A stretch of DNA of 64,000 bases from Pseudomonadota bacterium (GTDB lineage Bacteria > Myxococcota > JACRCW01 > JAFGSX01), in NCBI GenBank assembly GCA_043821645.1, contig JBDRCO010000051.1, positions 128,001 to 192,000 of the forward strand, given 5' to 3'. Made by a program: the position numbers and the translations under genes. This document shows positions 29,398-38,900 of the stretch, one piece after another. Position 1 is the first letter of the stretch; every line of letters starts with the position of its first letter. Below the pieces are notes generated by a model, which saw nothing but the letters and a program-made list of their open reading frames with translations, made no database searches and was not told the DNA's origin.

Positions 29398-30652
29398 GTG
29401 GAAGCCAGCGAGATGCGCAATTACGAGCGAGCAGCCGTGTGTTGTCCCGCTGACCTGTTTCTCAGCGGAGCCCATCAGCCTGAGCACGCCTTCGTCACCG
29501 ATCTGTGCGAGGGCGGAGCCTACATCCAGACCCGCCACAAGCTCAGGCGCGGCGACCGCGTGTTCATGCGCGTGGCCCTGAGTGACGAGCAGGTCGCGGC
29601 CGTGGCCAGCGAAGTCACCTGGGTCAAGCGCTTCGACCCGGTCAGCGTCGACGGACGCTTGCCAGGCGTGGGTGTGCGCTTCGTGGACCTCAGTGGCGAA
29701 GATCGCTCGCTCATCCGCGGCTTCCTGCGCAGCTCCGCCGGTCAGCCCCTGACCTCGTTGCCGCCGACACCGGTGGACGACGACGACGTGATGCAGGCGC
29801 TGCCCCTGGATCACGAGCCCTCGATCGCCTGGCACGACACGGATGTGGACGACTCGGACACCGAGGACGACGACGACGACGTCATGTCCCTCGGCTACGA
29901 ACCCGACCTGGGTGAGCTCAGCCTCGACAGGCCGGAACCGGAGGTCCACTCGAGGCGGTCGCGTTCTGGCTCGCTCACGCCCTGGCTGGCCGCCGCCTCG
30001 CTGGTTCTGGGCGTGGGCGCTGGAGCCCTGTACGGTTTGCTGGCGCCCTCACCCCAGGCCGCCGCCCCTGGAGAGCGCCCCGCCGCCGATGCCCGAACTC
30101 GTCGCCATCGAGCCGTCGCCCGGGGAAGCTGTGACAGCACCGACTCCGGCCACCGACGTGAAAGTGGCCAAGCCCGAGACCAGGACCGCGAGCCCGACGC
30201 CCGCCAAGATCACCAGGGCCAAGGCCCAGGCCCCCGCCCCCACGCCCGAGGCAGCGGCCAAGCCCACGGCAACGCCCAAGAACACCAAGGCAGCTCCCCC
30301 TGCCGTGCCAGCGCCCAAGACCCGGGCGGGCGAGGTCGTCATGGCTCGCGCGGCGCAAGCCAGCAACGGCTGGTACCTGACCCTGCGCAACGCGGCCTCG
30401 ACGAGCAAGGGCTTTGCCCTGGGCGGTCCCCCGCGTGCCGTGGTGGACCTGCCGCCGGGGAGCGCACCGTCGCTGAGCAACCAGGACCTGGCCCGGGGCC
30501 CCTTTGGCAACCTGCGCGTGGGCCGCACCAGCACCCGCGTGCGGCTGGTCTTCGATCTCACCGGTGTGGTATCTCCGTCCCAGATCCGCTTCGTGACCAA
30601 GGGCCAGGATCTCGTCATCGAGGTGCCGAACCAGGCTCAGGCCCGGCGCTGA
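29398..30652 (+). pseudogene. PilZ-domain membrane protein with a C-terminal AMIN-like domain, split by a frameshift near 30050-30065
   Basis: AGGAGG SD and GTG at 29398. PilZ (RNYER, DLCEGG, GVGVRF), acidic linker and TM in one frame. Pro/Ala/Lys linker and AMIN-like FALGGPPRAVVDL...VRLVFDL in the +1 frame to 30652. Confidence 0.75.
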
Positions 30653-30718
30653 AGAAGTCCAGCCCTGCCAGGGATCCGTCCTGGTGGGCCCCTGCCGAGG
30701 CAGGTTCGGCGAGCTGAC

Positions 30719-31666
30719 ATGTCCACCTCCGCGCGCCTCGACAAGTACTTTCACCAGGGCGACCTGGAAGGTGCGCGGCGAGCGGTCAAGAAGCTGTTGC
30801 TCGAGAATCCCTCCGACGTCGACGCTCTGGTCGGCAAGGCGCGCCTGCTGACCCTCGACGGCCAGCACGCCCAGGCACTGGATATCCTCAATCCGCTCAT
30901 CGAGAAAAACCCGGATCATGCGCCCGCGCGCACCTACAAGGCCGTGGTGCTGGAACTCATGGGCAAGGCGCAGACCGCCGAGGTCCTGCTCCGGGCGGCC
31001 ACCCGGGTCGATCCACTGTTCGCTCCGGCTCGCTATAACCTGGCGCGACACCTGGTGCGCGCGGGCAAGCGCGACGAGGCCCTGGGTGAGCTGGAGCACG
31101 CGGCGCGCGCGGATCCGGACAACCCGACCTACCACCTGCGCATCGCGGAGCTTCAGCTCGAACTCGGGGACAACACCCAGGCGGGAGAGGTGCTCACCGC
31201 CCTGGTGTCGACCTTCCCTGGATATTCCTTTGGCTGGCTGCTGGCGGCTCGCGCCTACATGGCGAGGGGAGACGCCCGCGGAGCGCTGCGCCTGATCGCG
31301 GCCAGCATCGAGCACTGTCCGACGGATGTGCCGCTTGCGATTGCCGGCTTTCAGGCCGGGGCCGCTGTCGGCGACCTCCCCCTGTGCGAGCAAACCATCA
31401 AGATCGTTGGACAGTTCGACGAGGCCTTTGCCCACCAGCTGCGCAAGGTCCTGCAGCTGTTCAAGATCAAGCGCGAGGAGGAGATCGAGAGCGCGACGCT
31501 CAACATCTCGCTGCCTCAATGCGAAGAAGTGGCCTACTTCGTTGACGTTATCGCCGCAGCAAGCCCCAACAAGAAGCGCCAGGGTCTGCTGCGCGAGGTC
31601 GCCAAGCGCCTGCGCCGCCGCGTCAAGCAGAGCAAGCCCGGGCCAAAAAGACCTCCACCCAGATAG
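30719..31666 (+). CDS. TPR-repeat protein
   Basis: Repeated NPxxxxA helix-pair motifs (NPSDVDAL, NPDHAPAR, DPLFAPARYNLA, DPDNPTYH). Confidence 0.85.
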   Translation: MSTSARLDKYFHQGDLEGARRAVKKLLLENPSDVDALVGKARLLTLDGQHAQALDILNPLIEKNPDHAPARTYKAVVLELMGKAQTAEVLLRAATRVDPLFAPARYNLARHLVRAGKRDEALGELEHAARADPDNPTYHLRIAELQLELGDNTQAGEVLTALVSTFPGYSFGWLLAARAYMARGDARGALRLIAASIEHCPTDVPLAIAGFQAGAAVGDLPLCEQTIKIVGQFDEAFAHQLRKVLQLFKIKREEEIESATLNISLPQCEEVAYFVDVIAAASPNKKRQGLLREVAKRLRRRVKQSKPGPKRPPPR

Positions 31667-31726
31667 TATGGAAGCACGGGGCACGCTGGCAGCTTGCCAG
31701 CATTTCTAGGTGCGACGAGGTTCCGC

Positions 31727-32875
31727 ATGACCGTGATCAGCAGCAAGAATCAGGGTGCAGGCGGCGTCCAGCCCAAGGTTCAGGCGGGCCTAGAGCGGAC
31801 CACGGGTCAAGCGCCGCAAACGACCCCGAGCACCACGCCCCAGGTCGCGCCGACCACGCTACCCCAGACCGGCATCACCGCCGGCCGCGAGTCCGATGGC
31901 TTTGATGGCCGCGCCGAGCGCGTGAGCCTGTCGCCCCGGGGCGAGGAGGTGCTGCGCACCTTCATGACCGAGGTCGAGACCGGCACCCAGATGACGGCGC
32001 GGGATCTGTTCGATCCCACCGTCGAGCGACTTGATGGCCACCCGCTGAGCAAGAAGATCTCCGACGACGAGATGAAGCGCCTGGTGTCCCGCCTGGCCCG
32101 GGACATGCCCCTGTGTGATCTTCCCGGTGGCGACCTGGTGGCCAGGACCGTGAGCCAGCTGCCCGGCGCCCAGAACCTGCAGGGCGATCCCAGCAGGATG
32201 TCCTACCGCGAGCTGAGCCGGGCCCTCGGCGACTCGGCCAAGGACCAGCTTGACGCCACCTTCAAGCCCCTGCTCGACGACTTCCGGGACAACCACAAGG
32301 CAGCCTTTTACAGCATGGCCACCCTGGGTGCAGTGGGCGTGGGCGCCCTGGCCTACACCCAGGGCAGCGACCTGCTGCGCAAGCTCGGGGTCAAGCCCAA
32401 GCTGAGGCAGAAGTTCTTCGACGACAGGCTGCGCGCAACGGTCGAGGCCAACTGGGGCAAGAAGTTCAGTTCGATCGACGGCACGGTGTCCCTGGAGACT
32501 CGGAGCCGGGACGACCGCCTGAGCCTGATGGCCTCGGTCACTGGCGGCAGCGACGGGCTCAAGGAAGCCACGGTGCGCGGCCGCGCCATCATCGAGGACG
32601 CACCCCTGGGCCTGGACCAGCTGGCCCTGCACGGCGCCTACACCCATGACTTCGTCAACAACCACGACCTGAGTTCCCTGGGTATCGCCGGCAGCAAGGG
32701 CGCGCTGACCTTCACCGCCAGCGACGTGCGCAACTGGACCACGGGCGCCTCGCGCACCGAGCTCGACGTCGGCACCGAGATGTGGGGCGGGCGGCTGTCG
32801 GGCTACGCCGCGAACATTCGCGATGGCAATCGCGAGGACAACCAGGTTGGCGTGCTGTACAGGGTTCAGTTCTGA
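31727..32875 (+). CDS. Hypothetical protein with a central hydrophobic helix and beta-strand-rich C-terminus
   Basis: Strong GC3 codon bias. Ends NQVGVLYRVQF. No classical signal peptide. Confidence 0.75.
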   Translation: MTVISSKNQGAGGVQPKVQAGLERTTGQAPQTTPSTTPQVAPTTLPQTGITAGRESDGFDGRAERVSLSPRGEEVLRTFMTEVETGTQMTARDLFDPTVERLDGHPLSKKISDDEMKRLVSRLARDMPLCDLPGGDLVARTVSQLPGAQNLQGDPSRMSYRELSRALGDSAKDQLDATFKPLLDDFRDNHKAAFYSMATLGAVGVGALAYTQGSDLLRKLGVKPKLRQKFFDDRLRATVEANWGKKFSSIDGTVSLETRSRDDRLSLMASVTGGSDGLKEATVRGRAIIEDAPLGLDQLALHGAYTHDFVNNHDLSSLGIAGSKGALTFTASDVRNWTTGASRTELDVGTEMWGGRLSGYAANIRDGNREDNQVGVLYRVQF

Positions 32876-32980
32876 ATACCCGGATCGCCGTTACACTGCC
32901 ACCGCCTCGACCCGTTCCCCGCCCTTGAGCGACGCCCCCGACCTCCTCGCTGTCCGTGCGTCCCGGTGCACGCCGTCTGG

Positions 32981-35900
32981 CTACTGCGCGCAGGCCGAGT
33001 TGTCACTGAACCCGACCACCACCCCGGCGGGCCCTCCGGAGCTGCCGGAGGTGTGGTACAGGACGACAGGCTCGCCCGCACCTGTCTTCATGGTGGGCAG
33101 GATGGGCCGGGTCCTGTCGATCTCGTAGCGGAACTCGCGCACCGTCGTCGATGCGTAGCTGTTGTTCCAGATGAACTGGTTGGTCTGGGCCTGGTTGACC
33201 CAGGCCACCGCGTCGTTGCCGCGCTGGGCAAAGGGTGCATAGGCCGGCGCGCCGCCCGTCGTGGTCTGGGTCAGTCCATCGCTGGGTCGATAGGTCACGA
33301 CGTCGCCGTTGCTGTTCGCGACCAGGACGTTGTTGTTCAGCGTCGTCGTGTAGAAGTTGAAGAAGCCCTGTTGCACCGCGTAGCCCCAGGGGGAGAGCGA
33401 ACTCGAGAAGCCAGAGCTGTATGGAAACGACAGGATCAACGAACCGCTGGATCCGTAGGCCGTGCTTCGCTTCAGCTCCCAGCGCGAGCTGCCGCTGTTG
33501 CGCAGTAGGAACATGGCCGTGGACCCGTTAAATCCCAGGCCATAGGCGGTACGTGGGGTGAACTCGATCACGCTTTGGTAGATGTCGCGAACGATGTTGG
33601 TCGTGCTCGTGCGCTGGATCATGCGCACGCCGGTGACCGGAATAAGGATGTAGACCGAGTAGGTGATCAGGGCCTGGTAGGTCTCGGTGCCCGTCCAGTC
33701 GACCACGTCGATGGAGGATGCGCCGAGGCCGGTGCCCGCCTGGTGCTCCCAGGGGCCGTAGGGGCCGTCAAAGGGGTCGGTCGGGTTGATCCCGGTACCG
33801 ATGGGGTTGCGCACGATGACCTGGTACTCGTAGCCCGTCGAGTCCGTGCTGCTGGTGCCCGTGCGCGTGTCCACGAAGCTGACCAGCAGTCTCACGTCGT
33901 CCGCGGCACAGCCTGCGTCGGCCACCTTCTCCCAGGTCCGCAGCGGGCTCGCGAGCAGGTTGTACATGTTGCCCAGGCTCGCCACGAGCCCACCCTCGCC
34001 GCTGATGCGAGTCATGCCCAGGGTCGACAGGTTGAGCACCTCGATATCGGGCGTGGACAGGTGGACCGTGGAACCCTCCGCCCACGGCCCGGCCCACACC
34101 GAGGGAAACAGCGTGGTATCCCGCAGGATGGCGTAGGCGCCGTTACCGCACACCTGCTTGAGTTCGAGCCCGGTGGGGAGGAGCGTGCTCGAGACCTCGT
34201 TGACATAGGCCACGTTGGGCTGGCTGACATTGCCGGCCTGGTCCACAGCGCGCACCTCGAGCAGGTTGACCGTGTCCTGCAGCAACCCGAACTGGATGTA
34301 GCCGCCCGAGGTCCGGGTTCCTGTGGCCCAGGGCCCACCATTGGAGCGGACCTCATAGTGATCGAAGGTGGTGTCCAGGGTCGAGCCCACGGGCACGGTG
34401 ATGCGGGCACACGAGGAATTAGCCTCGGCGATGTTGCCCGGGCTCACCGATGGCGTGCTCGGCACCGTGGTGTCCTTGTAGACGTACGCGGAGCTCGTAT
34501 CGCGGACGTTTCCCGCCCGGTCCAGCAGGCGCACGTCCATGGTCTTGAGCCCGTCCCCCGACGACAGAGCGCAGGTGAAGGTCGAGGCATAGGGCACCAC
34601 GGGCTCGCTGCCGGTGATGGTACCGTCGCACTGGATTAGCATGAAGTCCGGCACGTCGCCCACGCAGGCGACCGTCACGCTCGCAGTGTCGGCGTTGCGG
34701 TACATATTTCCCGCGACGGCGAGCGAGGCGCTGGTGTTGCACGGCCGGATCGAGTCGTAGAGGAAACTGCCTGTCGCCGGTGCTCCGCCGTTCTCCAGGT
34801 CGTCAAAGGGAAACACCTTGATCATGTACTCGGTTCCCGACGAGGAGCTCAGGTGCGTACCGGCGGTGAGGACGCGCGAGGTAGCCGTGGTGCTCTCGTC
34901 GAGCACACCGGTGCTCCCTGCCCGCAGCAGCACGAAGCGATAGCGCACGGTGCTGGGGTCACCGGAACTCCAGGTGACCGTGAAGGTCGTGCGGACATCG
35001 GCGGGAAGGCCGACCAGGGTGGGCGGCGAGGGAGCGGTCTGATCCAAGGTGATGCTCGCAGCGGCCGAGAGCGGCGTCGTGGTGACATTGCCCGCGGCGT
35101 CGCGGTAGCACGCCAGTACGTTCTTGCTGCCGTCGCCGCTGCCCACCACGAGGTGGGTGGTGGCTGCGTAGGGCACGTAGGAAGCGCTGGCGCACGCCAG
35201 GCCCTGGGTCGAGGGCACCAGGGCCATGGCCGTGGGCGAACCCGTGCAGCCGCTGTGGCTGACCTTGACGTGGGTCACCGCTGTTCGCCCCGCAGGGGCC
35301 GCGGTCACACCATCGGCCTTGTAGCCGGACAGCGTGAGGGTGCAGCTTGGAGGAGTGCCGTCATAGTATAGGGTCAGGCTCCGGGTCGTCGGATTTGAGG
35401 CGTTGGTGGCGTCGTCCTGCAAGGCCACGGTGACCGCCTTGTTGCCCTCGCCCGCTGCCACATCCAGAGTCACGTCGACGAAGGGGCTGTACGGGATCCA
35501 GGTCCCGGGGGCTGGTGCCAGCACGTTCCCCGTGATCCGCATCTGCGTGGCGCCGCTGGCATTGACGCTGACCCGGGCAAAGGCGCTGGTGATGTACTGG
35601 GTGGAACCCACGATGTTGCAGTCCAGGCAGGCCAGGTCCAGGAAGTCCGGCCTCACCCGGTCCAGGGTGATACTGGCGGTGGAGGCCGCGCTGAGATTGC
35701 CTGCGCTGTCTCGATAGCGAAGAGTGAGCAGGTGCAGGCCGTCGACGTCCGGGAGCACGAAGCTCAGGCTCCCCGCCGCGGCCTTGGTCTGCACCGCGCC
35801 CAGGGCGCGATTGCTCTCGAAAAGCACGCTCTCGCCCGAGGTCCAGTTGCTGAAGCTGAGGTTGAGGGTCTGGGTGTTGGTGAAGGCCCCCTGGGTGATG

Positions 35901-38900
35901 GTGAAGGCTGGAGCAGACGGCGGAACCGTATCCACCGTGACCGCAGCGTTGAGAGTCCCTCCGGCGCCGGCAATGTTGCCGGCCTGGTCCTTGTACGCGA
36001 TGTACACGGTCCGCAGGCCATCGCCGGGAGCCAGGGGCCAGAACTGCACCTGCGTGTCGTCGTAGGGCTGCCAGACCGCGCCGGCGAAGTTCTGCTTGTT
36101 GGAGATCATCATCTCGCTGGCACCGCTGGCGGCCACCTCGAGGAACACCGAGGACAGCGTGGTCTGTCCACCGCTGAGGCTGTTGCCCTGGGCGTCCTGA
36201 ATGTCGAGGGCGGGCGCTCCTGCCAGGGGCACCTGGCGGTCCAGGGTGATGCAGTCTCCGGCGGCGCCAGCCACGGTGGCCGAGGACATGTTGCCAGCCG
36301 GGTCGATGAAGCGAACCTTGATGCACAGGTTGTCGTCGGGGTTGGGCGAGCCCGTGGTGGGGTCCGTGTAGCTCCACACGAAGGGGGTCACGAAGCTCTC
36401 CGCGGGGAGCCACGACGTGCCGTTGACGCTGCGCTGCATCTGCACCACGCCATTGAGGTCTGATGAACTGACCGCGACGCTGGCGCTGAGCTCCTTGGTG
36501 GCCGTCGCGCCAGACTCGATGAGCACGGAGCCGAGCGTGGGGGCGACGCGGTCGAGGGTGATGGCCGAGTCGAAGACTTCGCTCTCCTGGGTGGTGGGGC
36601 TCCCATACTCGAACTGCACATAGACCCTGTGAGGCCCATCGGCGTCGGCGAGACTGAAGCTGCAGTCCTGGTCGCCGCCGCTGTTGGTGCACGCCGTGAA
36701 GTCGAGGTAGGCCTGGAGGCCGCCTCCGAAGCTGGCGTCTTCACTCGCGCGATAGCGGGTCGCGCCGGTGTAGCTGAGATTGAGGAGGATGACCCGGGCG
36801 CTGGTGAAGCCCGAGCCTCCACCGTTGATGGTGAAGTCGCCCTGCTGCGGCGCCAGGGTCAGCGGCGACAGCGCGGTCGAGACCTGGTTGATGGTGTTGC
36901 TGGTCACCACGATGCCGCTCTGGGTGATGGTGGAGTAGCCATCGCGTCGGGCCACCAGGTCGTAGCTTCCAGCCAGCACGTCCTCGAGGATGAAGTAGCC
37001 GGCCGAGTTGCTCTGGGTGGTGTAGCCCGTGTTGAGAAGCTCGATCAGGACGTTCTCGTGGCTGCTGCGATCGGCGAGCTTGACGTAGCCCTCGATGGCG
37101 CCGCGGGACCTGCGCAGGGTGATGGTGCCCACGTCGATCACGCCGCCACCGGACACCGAGACTCCGCTAGACAGGAGCGCGTCGTCGTAGCCCGGCTTGC
37201 GCACGCGCAGCGGCACGTAGGTCTTGGTCAGCAGGTTGGCGATGGTGAAGCGGTTGCCCGTCATGGAGTGCGCGAAGGTGGTCCCCCCGAGCTCGAAGCC
37301 GACACCCGAGTAGTCGCTGGAACTCTCGAGGCTGAGCACGCCGGTGATGTCACCCGTGGAGTCGAGGGTGATGGAGGCCGAGGCCGGGTCTGGACTGGGA
37401 GCCAGGTTGCCGGCGCGATCGCGAAAGCGCGCGTACACGACCTTGCTGCCATCGTTCGGCGTCAATCTCCAGCTGGGCACGATGGAGGCATAGGGCTGCC
37501 ACACCGCGGTGGACTCACCACCGGTGTTCCAGACCTTCATCTCGCTGCAGGCGGTCACATCAAAATCGATGCGAACGTAGGCGGCCTCGACCGCGCTCTC
37601 CCCGGGGTTGAGAACGATCTGAAGCCCGCTCAGGGTCATGGGTGGCGTTCCCAGCGATGGCGGCGCGCGGTCCAGCTCGATCTGCTGGTGCAGGCAGGCC
37701 GTGTCATTGCCGGCCTGGTCCCGGAACTGCACGCTGACATCCTTCAGGGCGTCCGGAGGCGCGAGATCCACCGCACCTTGAGGAGAGAAGGGTACCCAGG
37801 TCCCACCCGAGCAATCGGCAGTGGCCGAGATGCGCATCTCGCTGGCTCCGAGCGCCGTCAGGATGAGCGAAGGGCGCAGACTGCTGGTGACCGCACCGTC
37901 GACGAAGGCCAGCGATGCGGCCAGCGGAGCCTCGCGGTCCAGGATCACGGTCAGCACTGCTGGAGCACTGGCATTGCCCGCAGCGTCGATGTAGCGCACG
38001 AACACGAACTTGGTGCCATCCTCCCCGCTGAGGTCGTACTGCACCTGCGCCTGCACCCCGTAACTGCGTGCGCCGGCAAAGGCGGCATTGCTTGCCACTT
38101 CGATGCTGGCGACACCGCTGGTGTTGTTGAGGTCGAGGGTGAGGCTTGGATTGCGGGTGTAGGTCCCGGTTGTCGTCGTCACCGCCGGCACCGGTGGTGC
38201 CACGCTGTCGTACTCGATGGCGTCGCAGTAGTCCTGGGTGCGGTTCCCTGCGGCGTCTCGGAACGCCACGCACACGTTCTTGATCCCCTGGGTCGCGGGG
38301 GGCAAGACCCAGGTTGAACTCGTCGCGAAAGCCTGCCAGGACCCCGTGGCGGGCACGGCTTCGTTGCCCAGCAACATCTCGACGGGACTGTCGTCGCTGG
38401 CGGCCAGGCTCAGGGTCACGGTGAAGAAGCGAGTGAGGGCATCATCACCGTTGATGACGAGGTCCCCACCCACGGGCGCGAAGGGATCGACCACGATGCT
38501 GGCAAGCTGTGGAGCACTGGTGTTGCCGGCGGCGTCGGTGAGCCGGGCCCACACCCGGGCCGTGCGAAAGGCCTGCGCTCCGGGCAGCACCACGCCAAAG
38601 GGTTGACCGGTGAAGGCCCTGGCTTCCCAGTCTCCGCTGTGCAGGTCCTGGGCATCCGTGGTGTCTCGATAGGCCAGCTCCAGGGTCGCGACGGGGCTGG
38701 CATCGGTGCCGCTGACATCCAGGGTCACGGCCAGGGGGCTGGTGTAGCTCGCGCCGCCGTTAATCAGGATGTTCAGGTTCTGCGGTGGCAAGGTATCGAG
38801 AACGATGACATCGGAGCGCGCCTCACTGATGAAGCCGGTGGACGAGGGGTCCTGGAACTGGACCCAGACCCTGTGCTGCCCCTCAGCGCTCCCGAGAAGA

